64,000 nt of DNA from Eledone cirrhosa (taxonomy: Eukaryota), in NCBI GenBank assembly GCA_964016885.1, contig OZ024744.1:62248001-62312000 (forward strand). Direction: 5' to 3'. Shown in pieces: positions 25,574 through 39,575 of the stretch. The notes below the pieces were generated by a model that saw only the letters and a list, made by a program, of their open reading frames with translations, was not told the origin of the DNA and ran no database searches. The position numbers and the translations under genes were made by a program. Each line of letters begins with the position of its first letter. Positions within the stretch are counted from its first letter, which is position 1.

Positions 25574-25972
25574 CACACACACACACACACACACAACAAA
25601 CTGCATTTCCTGTAACAGTCAATAAAAGTTCACTACCAATTACAAGGTCCTGGGTGCTAACTCTACATTTGTTCCTGTAAATAATTATTTTTCCAAAGTT
25701 ACTCATAGTGGTAAGAAACTCTCAGTAGAGCTGGACAGTAGACAGTCTTCAGTGAAGAAGTCCCAACCCCTCCAGCGAGTGTTTCAGCCTTTAACATCTT
25801 ATACTTTAAAGAGACTGAGCTACATCCAGGTCATGACTCTTAGGTGCCCTTCTGTTGACATTTAGCCACTCAGATATCGGAGGCTTGCTGTGTATTTAAA
25901 CCATATGGAGATTTTGTTGACAGGATCTAACTGGACCACCTTTGTTGCCTCAGCTTTCAAACTTATATCTAA

Positions 25973-26184
25973 CCCTTTAGCATTTACATTACTCTATATT
26001 TACTATTGTATTTTCATGATAAAGGCTTTATCTCATAATTATCTCACATAATATCGAATCTATGAGATTGATATTTATTTTGAGAACAATACCTTAACAT
26101 CAGTATAAGTGGCTGGTTACGGCCAGTTTGAACAGAAAGAAGTGAGAATTCTGGCCGGATATGGCCGGTTTAAATGCTAAAGAG
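25973..26184. mobile_element. piggyBac-type MITE
   Basis: (c)taa-ccctttagcattta ... taaatgctaaagag-ttaa; second copy at 28436. Confidence 0.72.
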
Positions 26185-27544
26185 TTAAACACTTTCTTAA
26201 ATTGGTAAAATAATGTTGGTAGTCATGGTAGCAGTGAGATGTCAACATTATCACCGATGCTGCCACCAACACTATACATACTCTATGTCATTTGTATATT
26301 TAAGCTGAACATTTATGTAATTATATCCTAGAAATAAATTAAAATATTCTTATCTTTAATCACTTCCAAGTGTCAATAATCAACATAAACTATAGGGTTT
26401 CTCTTATGCAAACCATTTATCAAAATGCAAATTTCCCAGATTGTACAAGTGTTCATATGTTTAGTAATCCTGGTATATTTGGCAACAGACCCAGACTTCA
26501 CTGCCTGATAAGCCAAAGATCGCAAGCTGTTGAAATATTAGCCTCTCCAATAAATTTGTTACCAAACCTATAGCACTGGAAATTTCCAGTATTCTTGGCC
26601 CCCAGACCACTCACTACTCATGACTATCAGAGCAGAGTTGGCCACATGCATGAGTGAGCCCCACAAGTTGGAATGGTATCCCAACGTTTTTTCCCCTCGC
26701 CATCCTCTGGGGTAACGTTTTCTCCATTATGTATGCTGTGACCAAAAGGCACCCACCACCTGGCCTCCTGCACACAGAGTGCTTCCCCACACTATCCAGG
26801 CTCACATCATTAGGGTAATGATGTTTGACGTTTGAGCACATTTTGGGGGTTTAAGGCAACTGTGACAAAATACTCAGCACAGCATCAACTAGTTCAATAA
26901 ACATAAGAAAAAAAGTGAATCCTGGACTACAAAAATTGAATACATTCAACACCATTTCCATTATTATTGACAGCACTGGTCCACTAGTCTCTATAATACT
27001 GATTGTACTGGGGTTTAGAATTCATGGAACACAAAATGTTAGGGGCAAATGTTTTTAAATGTGTTCTCTATCGATGGTATTTTCCCTCTCTCTCTCTCAC
27101 ACGACACACTTTTTAACAGAATTGAGATTCATATAATTGAAAATAAATTCAAAATACTACCTAGCGCTGCTTGTATAAATATAAAATAGAGGAAAAGAAC
27201 CAGTCATCAGATCAGACCAAAGAAACAATATTTCCATTGGTCGTTCCATTGCTGATATTATCTGTTGGTCATAACTCCTGTGTGTATATTGTGTACAACA
27301 AATACTACCAACATAAAAATAAATTAATCTATAAATAAAAAAATAAATAATTTTTGTTTTACACAATCTAAACTTAATTACTGCCTCAATAATGAATTAC
27401 AATAACAAAAACAAAATTGATGTCCTGCAGTAGCAGATCAAGGGTTGATCTTTTTTTTCAATCAATATTAAACCATGAATAATGTACTAATAACTAACAC
27501 AAGTTTAATATTTATAGGTAAATAGATTAAGTTCACTTTGGAAC

Positions 27545-27642
27545 CACCTGGTTTCAGGTTCAACTCCACTGTGGTGCACCTTGGTTGACCTACTTAATGC
27601 CATGAGTGAAATTTGGTATATGGAAACTGAAGAAGCCTGCCG
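27545..27642 (+). mobile_element. Degenerate tRNA-SINE remnant
   Basis: B-box-like ggttcaactcc followed by gtggtgcaccttgg...ggaaactgaagaagcc. Confidence 0.45.
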
Positions 27643-28077
27643 CCTACACACGTTTGTTGTCCCAATTTCACATGGTCTTAAAAAGAGAACATGCAGGATA
27701 ATGTAATCAAAAGTATACTATTTCTAAATAAATGATGGAATGGTCATACTTGGAATGTCTTAGGTCATAAATGTAGTCGGTCAAAACCAATTTGTAGTTA
27801 ATCAACTGATAAAATGTAACTATAAAATGATTGCTTATGGAATTATGTGGTAACAAATTAAAATTCTAATTCATTTATATGGAAAAAAAAAAGAAAGGGG
27901 CCAATCATAAGATCAGATCAAGGATAAATTTATTTTTTATCTTTTCGTTGCTGATGCTGTTTGTTGTTTACAATTTCTGGCAGACAGAAGTGAGATTTGA
28001 ACACAGAAAGCACAAAGATCAGATACTGCAAAGAATCCCATCCAACACTTTAACAATTCTGTCAATCTACTACCCTC

Positions 28078-28210
28078 TGGAATGGTACTTTATTGACCCC
28101 AAAAGGATGTAAGGCAAATCTGACCTTGGCAGGAGTGTAGAAAGTCTAAAGAGCCAGTACAAAAGCAGACATTTAACCCAATGGTCTAACAACTCTGCCA
28201 ATCTGCCACT
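28078..28210 (-). mobile_element. Diverged tRNA-SINE copy
   Basis: tggtactttattgaccccaaaaggatgtaaggcaaa...ctctgccaatctgcc, related to 56181-56368. Confidence 0.6.
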
Positions 28211-28435
28211 TATTATATACAATACCACAAAAATATTGGGAATTCTCAGCAATAATTATATAAAATTTATAGATTTCACTGACTGCAAAGATAATTTTTT
28301 ACCAGACAGGTTTTCATTTGGTGTGTTAAGGTAAAAAAATCCTCTAAAATGTAATTTAATAAACAATAGAAGGAACCATTTTCTACAGTGAAATAGTACC
28401 ATGAAGAATTTTATAAGATGGTCTTTCTGTGTTAA

Positions 28436-28625
28436 CCCTTTAGCATTTATATTACTCTATATATACTATTATATTTCCACAGTAATCTCACATAATATCT
28501 CGCATAATATCGAATCTATGAGATTTTGATATTTATTTTGAGAACAAAACCTTAACATAAGTATGAGTGGCTAGTTATGACCAGTTTGAATAGAAAACGG
28601 TGAGAGAATTCTGGGCGGATACTAA
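28436..28625. mobile_element. piggyBac-type MITE, second copy with damaged right end
   Basis: ttaa-ccctttagcatt and body matching 25973-26160. Confidence 0.7.
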
Positions 28626-28812
28626 AACATTAAAAGACAGGACAGCAAACTACAAGTTGAACCTCTTAAACCAACCATTTTACCACCAGGACAGTCTGGC
28701 CACAGTAAATTGCGGAAAACATAAATTGATTCCTAAAGAGGTTCTACATAAAGTCTTGCTATCTCAATCAATATATAATATATGAATGTCTTAAAGCTAA
28801 AACAAAGTTTAA

Positions 28813-29224
28813 CCCTTTCCATATCAAACTACCTGGAACTGCCTTGATCCTAAATACAAAACTATCTTAAAACTGATACAAAACTTTATCTTAAAGTGTT
28901 TATCTTCTTCGCCCAATTATTCCTGAGAGGGTCGTGGAGGCAGAGTCCTCAAACACTCCTTCCAGCGGGTCCTGTCAGAAGCAACTGTTTCCAACTGATC
29001 TGGCTGGATCCCCAAACCTGACCAGTTAAGCTCATGGACGTTTATATTTATTTAAAAACCTACCATAAATCTATGTAAAAACCTCCCTTAAATTATGTTT
29101 CAAACACAAACTTAATAATGATAAAGTTAGTTATATTACTAAATCCTTCCAAATCCTTGTTAATTTTCAGATTAATTTGTAAATTATTAGCATGTCTTGC
29201 ATTAGAAATATAGTAATGAAAGGA
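28813..29224. mobile_element. TTAA-flanked MITE interrupted by an RTE 3' fragment (about 28903-29040, minus strand)
   Basis: ttaa-ccctttc ... gaaagga-ttaa; the insert matches 29663-29770. Confidence 0.55.
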
Positions 29225-29662
29225 TTAAAACAATACTACAGCTAATTATGCTTCCAAATAAGGTTTCTGTTTTTTTTTCAATATAAAATCTAAAACCTAT
29301 TCTTTAAACTAGGTTCCCATATATGCCCATAATTCTACAGAGGTGGTACCAAATTTATTTTGGTATAACATTGTACTGTTAATATAATGAATGCACCCTA
29401 ACCACAACAATACCTCTTTTTTGTGTTTTGCTTTTCGCCAACTTTGCCTTTCAAGGTCAATAAAATAAAGTTCCAGTAAAGTTGATTTAACTGACTTTCC
29501 AAAAATTTCTTGCTTTGTGCCTAAATTTGAAATTATTATAAACCTTGTGTTTGGAACATAACTTAAAGGTTCTTACATAATATTATGGCAAGGTTTTAGG
29601 TATAAACATTTTAAAATAAATAATTTTGTATCATAGAATCAGGTGTTTTTTTAGGTGGTTTG

Positions 29663-29930
29663 ATATCTTCTTTGCCCATTTATTCCTGAGAGGGTCCTCA
29701 AACACTCCTTCCAGCAAATCCTGTCAGAAGCAACTGTCTCCAACTGACCAGCCAAGCTCATGGATGTTATCCAACTATCTCGCTCAAGGTCTACACCTGG
29801 GTATCTTGCTGGATGGTTTTGCCATAAAATCTGTCCAGTGATTCTTTGCTGAGAAATTCTAACCAAATGCCTATAGTATCAGAGTTGTGATCTCTCAATT
29901 TGGAGAAATAATGATTCCACCTGGATCTGA
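29663..29930 (-). mobile_element. RTE C-terminal/3' end fragment
   Basis: Minus-strand ...LETVASDRICWKECLRT, an RTE-type C-terminus; paralog at 28903-29040. Confidence 0.6.
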
Positions 29931-30185
29931 TATGAAAGGAGTTTATGTTTCACATCCAGTAAATTATATAACTTGTTTTCTCAGCCTCTACATAATATCA
30001 ACATTTAAAGTATTGAAAGAGAAACTGGTGAAAGACTAAACAACTGTGTTTAAGGCCATTTTCTCTGCAGGGGCTGGAGTGGACATTGCAAGCCCCATGA
30101 TGGGGTCATTTTTGACGCAATATTTCACAGCTGAATACCCTTCCTGGTGCCAAAGACTTTTAGTCACTTCTTACAGACACGGGAG

Positions 30186-30220
<35 letters not shown>

Positions 30221-30411
30221 GTTTGGTCCAGTCTGAATTGTTTAATACCCGCACATAGTCCTGAACTTACTACTAATAACTCAATATGTGAGCTCAATCA
30301 CGGACGGGCACTTCGGAAATGCAAGACTCTGAAATCATCAAGCGAGTGGGAAGATTCAACATACTAGCACAAACTCAGTTTGTCTAGTTTGATACACACA
30401 CATATACGTAT

Positions 30412-30471
<60 letters not shown>

Positions 30472-30519
30472 CTTCGTTTTTGAATTTGTTTTGGAAGATT
30501 TATCTGTTAGTTTGTGGGC

Positions 30520-31175
30520 TTAATAACTTCAACATTAAGAACGTAGTATATAGCATAAGATGTACTGAGGGACAGTGTTGGAATAAGAACAACTTACATA
30601 GGTGAAACATCACGTAACATAGGAGAAAGAATACATGAGCAAGAACTCCAAGATGAAAAAAACTCATTACTCCACCAACTTGTCAAAATGGAACATGGGG
30701 GCACACCAGAGAACATAAATAAAAATGATATCCAAACACAAAAAAGAGAATGCTCCAACAGATTACAGAAGCAACAAACAAATGAACTCCAACCAAAATT
30801 AAACAAAACATGATTGGAATATCAACAACATCACAACTAGTAATTAAGGACAAAATGAAACCATGCAGAGACACACAAGAGCTGAACTAAAAAAAATGAC
30901 ACACACAGATAGAACAAATAACCAACTAGTGACAAGTAAATAAACATAAATAATGCATACGCAAGCCAAGTACACAGCACACAACACATAAAAACAAGAT
31001 GGTGTAAGTCAGAACAAAGGAGATACACAAAATAAATCAGTCACTGAAGAGGTCACAGAATGTGTGACGAAAGAGCTTTGACAATATATAAACAACCATC
31101 CAGTTATTGAACCACCAACTAGAAATTTGTAATAAACTGAAGTGAAAACCAACAGGTGCATGTGTTTTTATTGTT
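30520..31175 (+). mobile_element. Penelope-like element 3' fragment, decayed relative of 11766-12517
   Basis: gtagtatatagcataagatgtactgagggacagtgt ([12 protein letters not shown]), YIGETSR, same terminal repeat. Confidence 0.85.
31040..31082 (+). ncRNA. Minimal hammerhead ribozyme in the Penelope terminal repeat
   Basis: GUCA-CUGAAGA-G-GUCACA(GAAUG)UGUGAC-GAAAG(AG)CUU/UGAC. Confidence 0.75.
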
Positions 31176-31227
31176 TTTATCCCAAAGTCTTATCATCATC
31201 ATCATCATCATCACCGTTTTACGTCAA

Positions 31228-33677
31228 GTTCCTAAAAAATAACTTACTAAAGGCGCCGGACGAGGTCTGTGGTTGGAGCAGGACCACGGGAAGGAGGAGA
31301 ATGACTTGGTGGTGGAACAATAAGGTAGATGAGGCAGTTAAGACCAAGAGACAGGCATGGAAAGAATGGGGCAAGCAGGGTACATTACATAGAGACCAGG
31401 AGGGAAGCTAGGTGACAAGTATACTTAGAGAGAAGGGAAGCAGAGGATAGAAAATTCAAGCATATTTCGCAGCGCGAGGACCAGATATAGGTGTTTGGGA
31501 TTGCGAGGCAGTGTGTTAGAGAGAAGTGTGATGTCATTGGAGAGAAGTGTGATGTCATTGGAGAGAAGTGTGTCTAGAATGATAAAGGTGAGCTTGCCCT
31601 CACAAGTGCTGAGAAGAAAGATGCATGGAAGAGCCATTATGAAAGATTACTAAATAAGGAGAATGCATAGGAGAAAGAGACCCTACTCCAAGTGGACCCA
31701 ATAGAGGGGCCAGCAGTACAAGTCAGCAGCAGTGTAGTAAGTAAGGCAATTAAAGATATGAAGACTGAGGAAGCAACTGGTCCATCGGGTATAGCTGCCG
31801 AGATGATGAAGGCATCTGGGTCAGTAGGTCACACTATAACCACACGTATTGTTAACCAGGTAATACTAGAGGGTGTTATACCAAAGGATAGGTGCAGCAG
31901 CATCACTGTCAACTGCTACAAAGGTAAAGGTGATGCACTAGATAGAGGAAACTATAGAGGTATAAAGTTGATGGACCAGGTCATGAAAGTACAGAAAGAG
32001 TTATAGCACAGTTGATTAGGGACCGGGTGAAACTAGATGAGATGCAATTTGGGTTTGTACCAGGAAAAGGCACTACTGATGCCCTCTTCCTTGTGAGGCA
32101 GTTACAGGAAAAATACCTAGCTAAAAGTAAGCCGCTCTACCTGGCATTTGTCGATCTCGAGAAAGCCTTCGACAGAGTTCCGCGTGCTATAATCTGGTGG
32201 ACTCTTAGAAAACTAGGAGTAGATGAATGGCTTGAAAAAGCTGTACAAGCCATGTATAGGGGAGCAGTCGGCAAAGTTAGGGTGAGCAATGGCTATAGCA
32301 AGGAATTTAGCATACAGATTGGTGTCCATCAGGGTTCTGTTCTTAGCCCTCCCCTGTTCATGATAGTATTTGCAGGCAATAACAGTAGTTTAAGACCGGA
32401 TGCCCATGGGAACTCCTACATGCGGATGATTCCACACTTATAGCAGAATCTATGGTGGGACTAGAGAATAAATTCCAAAATGGAAGCAGGGACGAGAAAG
32501 AAAGGGTCTCAAGGTCAACCTGACAAAGACTGAGGTCCTTATAAGTAGACAAGAAAACAGAACCCAGATCTCCTCAGGGAAATGGCCTTGCTCAGTATGT
32601 AGGAAAGGTGTAGATAGGAATTCCATCCTCTGCCCCAAATGCAAACAATGGGTACACAAAAGATGTAGTGGGATCTCAGGAAGCTTAGCTAAGAATGTAG
32701 ACTTTACATGTAGCAGCTGTGCTGGGACAGCAAGCAGCAAATGGCCACAGGAAACAAGCACTACCAAACTCTGGGAGGACTCTGTAGAAACAGTAGACAG
32801 CTTTTGCTACCTAAATGACCGAATTAACAGTGGAGGTGGGTGTTCAGAAAGTACAGTAACCAGGGTAAGAACGGGGTGGAAGAAGTTCAGGGAGCTAATG
32901 CCACTGCTAGCTGCAAAAGGCTTCTCCCTCAAAATGAATGGCAGACTGTATGATGCATGCATACGAACAGCAATGTTACATGGTAATGAGACCTGGACGT
33001 TGTGTAGAAGACTTGCGTAGATTAGAAAGAAATGAAGCTTGCATGCTCCGGTGGATGTGTAATAGTAATATACACGAACAGCAAAGCATAAATGAATTGA
33101 GAGACTGAGCAGAAGAGGAATAAAATGCTGTGTGCAGGAGAGGAGGTTACGTTGGTATGGACATGTGATGTGTATGAAGGATGGCAGCTGCATAAAAAGG
33201 TGCAGAGCACTAGAAGTCGATGGAAGCCGAGGAGTGAGGAGACCCAAGAAGATCTGGGATGAGGTGATAAAAGTTGAGCGTACCCAATTGCACCTGTCAA
33301 AGGCGATGACACGCGACCATGACCTCTGGCGTCGCGCAGTAATACAGAAGACCCAACTTCCCACGGGTACAAGCTAAAGCTGAAGCATATAGACAATATG
33401 CACCCCCACTGCAAAGTGGTCGTGGAGGTGCCACGACAAAAAAGTACCCAGCCCACACTATAAAGTAGACATGTAGGCGCCACGGAAAAAAAAGCACCCA
33501 GCACTCACTGTAAATGAGGTTGGTGTTAGGAAGGGCATCCAGCTGTAGAAATCTAGCCAGAATCAGTTCCCATATGAGCAAGACAAGGTCAGCCAACCGG
33601 ACACTGCCCTCAACAGGACAACCTGTCTAACCCATGCTAACGTGGAAGAACGGGCGTAAAACGGTGATGATGATGAT
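31228..33677 (+). mobile_element. RTE subfamily B, 5'-truncated and decayed, with PHD in RT
   Basis: RT motifs across ORFs 31692 and 32012; PHD near 32580-32720; 3' UTR and (GAT)n tail; internal 21-nt tandem duplication at 31519-31572. Confidence 0.92.
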
Positions 33678-34350
33678 ATATAGTGAACTTATTCTAAAAT
33701 GTGTACACTCAGCTACCTGTGTTCTTGATCTGGCAGAAGGTCAGACTAAAGTCATTGAATTCAAATAAACAGATGCTCAATGCGGAATGATGAAAGGCAT
33801 TACATATTCTTTCATACTAACACACAAATTGATAGCAGTGAATACTGGGAAATGATCCCAGATTAACAGCTCTGACAACATGATGAATGACGGATTGCAA
33901 ATACAGAATTGTACTTTCACAAAAAATATATATATAATTAAAAAGAAAAATAATCTTTTCATTGGTTCTTTCCACCAGCTATACTGGGAAAATAAAAAGT
34001 TGGGAGAGAGAGAGAATGACAGGTAGAGAGATAGGGGGACAATAACAGGCAGAGAGAGAATGACAATGACAGGCAGTGAGAGTGAGAAAATGACAGGCAA
34101 AGAGAGAGGAAGAGAGAAAGAGAAAATAACAGGCAATGAGAGATAGAAATATAAAATTTGCATTTAAAAAAAAAAAAGATCTAAATGACAAGATAGAGCT
34201 GTTTAAAGGTCCTGATGTAGTTGTATTAGCAGAAATCAATAGATTGAAATTTATAACAAACAAGATCTTTCATGTCTATTCTGTATGAATTACTACACTC
34301 TCAAACACATGTGTGATTGTGTGCTCTGCCTACATGTGTATGCACGCGCA

Positions 34351-34418
<68 letters not shown>

Positions 34419-34679
34419 ATTGTCCACTTGTCAGAGAGAGAGAGGGGGGGAGAGATGGGGAGGGGGGAGAGGGGGGAGAGGGGAGGGGGGAGAGGGGGGA
34501 GGGGGAGAGGGGGGGAGAGGGGGAGAGAGGGAGAGCGTGTATGTAATTATTCATCCACTTGGCAAGCTAGCATGAATTGGACAGGTCATCATATTTGAGA
34601 CAAGATGGACCAGATAACCACATCTTGCTTATACGTTCCATATTTTGGAATGGCTTCTACAGTAGAATGCCCTGCCTAA

Positions 34680-34950
34680 TTCCAACCAGTTTTTAGAGTG
34701 CACTGGATACAAGACACTTTATTTCACGCTGCTCCAGTTTACTCAGCTGTAGAAATTAGTTATGATGTCGCTGATGCTAAGCTGTATCAGCCATTGATTT
34801 TCCTTTGGACAATATTGCTGGGGTGGAGAGGGGAAGCTGTTATGCATGGGTGACTGCTGGTCTTCCACAAACAACCTTGCCTGGACTTGTGCTTCAGAGG
34901 GGAACTCTAGATGCAAATCTCATGGTCATTCGTGACCAAAGGTGGTCTTT
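34680..34950 (+). mobile_element. Probable SINE body (CORE-like), decayed
   Basis: acaagacactttatttcacgctgctccagtttactcagctgtagaaat resembles the CORE-type SINE central domain; recognised from memory only. Confidence 0.4.
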
Positions 34951-37673
34951 ATTTATATATATATGCATATGGATTCACACACATACAACATTAGTTTGGC
35001 TAGTCGGGTCATCTAATGAAAAATTCCTCTTAACATTTGTCTATTTTCCTCAAGTTTACTGTTATATATGACCTGAGTGACTCAAGTCCTTCCCCGGATA
35101 CCTACCAGTCAAGTAGCTGTGATAATATCTCACCTCTTATATATCAATTTGTGTTTTGTGCCACTTGACTGTTTCCTGTTAAAATAAATAAAATAAGAAT
35201 GTGCAAGGAAATTTATTTACTTTTTCCCATAAAGCATGATATCTTATTTCATTTAAAACCTGGCGCATGTCTCCTACCGAGGTCTAACATTACCATTAAG
35301 GTCAACTAACTAGCTGCAGACCTCACTCAGATGCATTACTGAACCTTAAGGGATCATTGTTTCATACATATTTGTATAATTGGATTAAATATATAATTTT
35401 CTGCAATCAATAAATAATGTCAAAACTATGTTCATCAGCTTACTAAATTGTTAAATGAAACTATTTTATTTGGGAGAATAGTGTGTATAACTGAAAGAAT
35501 AGAATGCACAATGTCAAGCTAGCCTAGGCTGTTAAATACCCATGTGTTTGCTCTAGCTGGTGCATGCCTTATATAAAGAAATATAGAAATAACACTCCTC
35601 ACCTTCCCTTACACCAAGTAATTGTTTTTTTTTTGGGGGGGGGGGGGACATTTCCCCATCCTGTATTTGCTTTATGAGGCATCAGTTTGTATAATGAATG
35701 GATTTTGATATATTTATTTAATTGGTATAAATTTAATTGGAGACATTTGTTTGTCAACTCTAGAACTCTAGTCAGCAAATAAAAAAAATATGTGAAAGGT
35801 TTTCAATGCTTCAAGAAGTAGATAGCTAACCATGTAGAAGGGATGAAAAATTAACCCTTTTGACACCAAACTGCCATAAACAGTCCCAGTTCAACACTAT
35901 TCATAGAGAACAACTTTTTGTACAAATCTTTAAAGCTATATTAATGAGAAAGTTATATTACTAAATCTCTCCAAATTCTTCAATATTCTTAAAAAGATTT
36001 AAAAACCATATTTAATAATATACTCAAACTATAATATACCATCTTTAAAAGTGGGCTCATTGGACTGAATACACCATGCCTGGAAAATGGCTGCGACATC
36101 TTTGATCATAGATATACTCAATTAGGGTCAATCTGGAATAAAACAACACTTGTTACAGCAATGAAGTTGCATCGCATAGGTTCCTTGGGTATTTTAATGA
36201 CAGAAACCCCAGTCCTATCATCAGTACATGTTGTTGCAGCTCACATCTATGTATGTTTAGCTGGCCTCCTATAGAGTTACATTTCATAGGTTTTTCTCAG
36301 GTGTTTTAATAAAGGTCTCAGTCTATCATGAAAAGAAAAACTCTTCCCATGACAAGATGCCAGTCTATTGTAGGTGTTAACCATAAGTTGCTGCTGCTAT
36401 CCCTTCTTTCAACTGCAAAGACTGAGCAAAACTCTTCATTTTGCATAGCTGCAAAGACAAAATGTACTACCCGGTCCAAGAATAAAACTCACTACCTTAC
36501 TACCCGGTCCAAGAATAAAACTCACTACCTTAAGATCTTGAGTCCAACACCCTAACCAGTAGTCATATGCCTACAAAAAATACTTCATTGTTAGCAAATT
36601 AATGTGGCCACCTTAAGAACCTCCACAAAAGATTAGATCTACTTCCAGCATCAATTATTAACCAAAATAAAGAGGATTTATCTGAGTGTTTTGTCTAAGT
36701 ACTTAAAACACAATGGAACAATAGAGATAGTAAGGAATTTCCATAAACTGAAAAGTTATCTAAACTATAATAAAGTAAGAAGCGCAGGACTGTGTACGGT
36801 TTATAATTTGTTATCCCTTTAGTAAAATAAGTTGGATTACTTAGAATAAATAATGACTGAATATTACATAATTTATCTAATAAATTTTGTAGTTGTTCAT
36901 TAAATATATTTTATTACTTATTTAAATATTCACTTCTTTAAAATGCTTAAATGTCAACACTTCCGGTTAGTGATCGTTTAAATAAATATTCATATATCTC
37001 TGTCACTAATTTTCTCCTAATGCAGTTATATATAATATCGTCTTTTTTTAATGCATCATGGGTTATGTTACTGATTACATAAGACAATGTAACAGTCTTC
37101 GTTCAATTTCCTGTTTATATTGTCAATTACGATTTTATTTGATCATATCTACATGCATATATACTTGCGTATAATATCAATATACACACTACACTATGCT
37201 AGCAGAAAACCACCCGAAAGTTGGTTTTTCTGCTAGTTTAGCTAATGGTTGAAGAAAAATGGAACTAATGGTTATGTTGATGACATTTGAAATAATCCCT
37301 ATCTGGTTTCAAAGTCATACAGACGCGTGCGTGCGTGTGTATACACATATGTACACACACCCATCCAGCAAGAGAACTTTTATATGGATTCATAGAGAAG
37401 AGGGAGGGAGAGAGACAGCAAGTGAGAGTGAGGAGAGGAAAAGCAGAGCGGGAAGGAAAGAGAGTAAGAGTAAAACAAATAAATCAGAAGTAAGGGTGAA
37501 AGAAAAAATATCAAAAACAGTCGATACGTGTATGTGTGCACGTGTAGATGTGTATTTAAAAGTTCAAATAAAAATTTTGTTGGAAATATTTAAGGGAATG
37601 CATAAACACTAATAATTTCATTGTAAAATAATCATTTCAAATTTCTACCAAAATAAGGTGTTAAACATATATA

Positions 37674-37678
<5 letters not shown>

Positions 37679-37757
<79 letters not shown>

Positions 37758-37797
37758 GAGAGAGAGAGAGAGTGAGAGAGAGAGAAAGAGAAAGAGG

Positions 37798-37828
<31 letters not shown>

Positions 37829-37941
37829 GAAAAGAGAGAGGAGAGAAGAGAGAGAGAAGAGAAAGAGAGAGAGAGAAAGAGAGAGAGAGAAAAGAGAGAG
37901 AGGAAAGAGAGAGAGAGAAAGGAGAAAGAGAGAGGAAAGGG

Positions 37942-37973
<32 letters not shown>

Positions 37974-38293
37974 AGAGAGAGAAAGAGAGAGAAGAGAAAG
38001 ATAAGAGAGAAAGAGAGAGAAGAAAGAGAGAAGAGAAGAGAGAGAGGAAGAGAAAGAGAGAGAGAAAGAGAAAGAGGGAAGAGAAGAGAGAAAGAGAGAG
38101 ATAGAGAAGAGAGAGAGAAAGAGAGAGAGAGAGAGACAGAGAGAGGAGAGAAAGAGAAAGAGAAAAGAGAGAGAGAGAGAAGAGAAGAGAGAGAGAGAGA
38201 GAGAAAGAGAGAGAAAGACGAGAGAGAGAAAGAGAGAGAGAGAGAAAGAGAGAAAGAGAGAAAGAGAGAAAGAGAGAAAGAGAAAGAGAGAGA
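37679..38293. repeat. Polypurine (GA)n/(GAAA)n tract, about 610 bp
   Basis: Seen directly; followed by an RTE 3' tail remnant at 38294-38411. Confidence 0.95.
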
Positions 38294-38449
38294 AATCCAG
38301 CCAGAAATACTCCTATATGCGAGACATGGTCACCCAACCCAACTTGCCTCTAAATGGGACAAACCCGTCTAACCCATGCTAGCGTGGAAGATAGACATCA
38401 ATCGATGATGATATATAAATAAATATATATATAGATAAATGTGTAGATA

Positions 38450-38981
38450 AATGTGTCCGGAATGATGCCGGTGTACTTAGTGTCACAAATGATCAGAAAA
38501 AGGAGGCCTGGAAATGTCATTATGAGAGACTGATGAATGTGGAGAACGAATGGGAGCAGAGAGAAATTACCCTCAGTAGATCCGATAGAGGGACCAGCTA
38601 TTGAGATTGACGAATATAGGGTCCAAGAGGCGATTAAGGAAATAAAAAATGGTAAGACTGCTGGACCATCGGGAATAGTTGCTGAGATGCTGAAGGCATC
38701 AGGGGACGTAGGCACTAAACTGGTTGCACGCATCATCAATCAGGCTATATATGGTGGTGTCATACCCAAAGACTGGTGCAGCAGTATTCTTATAAATTGC
38801 TACAAAGGGGATGCTCTGGAGAGGAGAATTATAGGGGTATAAAACTGAGAACAGACCTCAGATTGCTGAAGCTCACGGTGGAGATGACGAAGGACCATGA
38901 CAAGTGGAGAGATGCTGTGCTGAATAAGACCCGTCCCACCCTTGCAAGCAGGGAAGAGCGGATGTAAAATGATGATGATGA
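38450..38981 (+). mobile_element. Internally deleted RTE (pre-RT region joined to a subfamily C 3' end)
   Basis: KTAGPSGIVAEML...NYRGIKL joins directly to RTDLRLLKLTVEMTKDHDKWRDAV; tail matches 24050-24177. Confidence 0.82.
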
Positions 38982-39575
38982 TATATATACGCACGCACAT
39001 GATGCAATCAAGAAACTATGCAATAATACTGCATATACTTCTGTATAAGTTACATGGATAGATAAGTTACACTTCCATTTTACATACATTTATTTATAAT
39101 CATCATCAACATTTAACATCCATTTTTTATGCTAAGATAGGTTAAACAAGTCACAATTCAATCAGAACCCCTGTACTCAACGATGGGCTGGAGGACCTCA
39201 ATTCACCTCAAATATTTCTAAATTTTAGAAAATGTGATGGGTGCATTTTATTATGGCACCAGCACTAAGGAGGGTGTCTTGCCTTTGATATAAATGAATA
39301 GTCCTCTCAACCCTTTTGGCATGATTTCTATATTGTACCATATATGTTGAATTGAGGTCTTGTATGTCCAGTAAATAGATTACTGATTTTTCACATATTT
39401 TCATAGAAAACAACAACTTATACACAAATGTGTGGGGTGGGGGTGTATCGTTTAACGTTTTCCATGGGTAGTCACATTATGAAACAAGTCAGGCTCATAT
39501 AGTATATATGTTGATCCCGGGTTCAATGGGGGGTAACCACAGTAAGTAAGGTACTCAATACATAACAGAGTATAA

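Noticed and set aside
37645-38337. Long ER-rich and SL-rich ORFs
   Set aside because: Translations of the (GA)n tract
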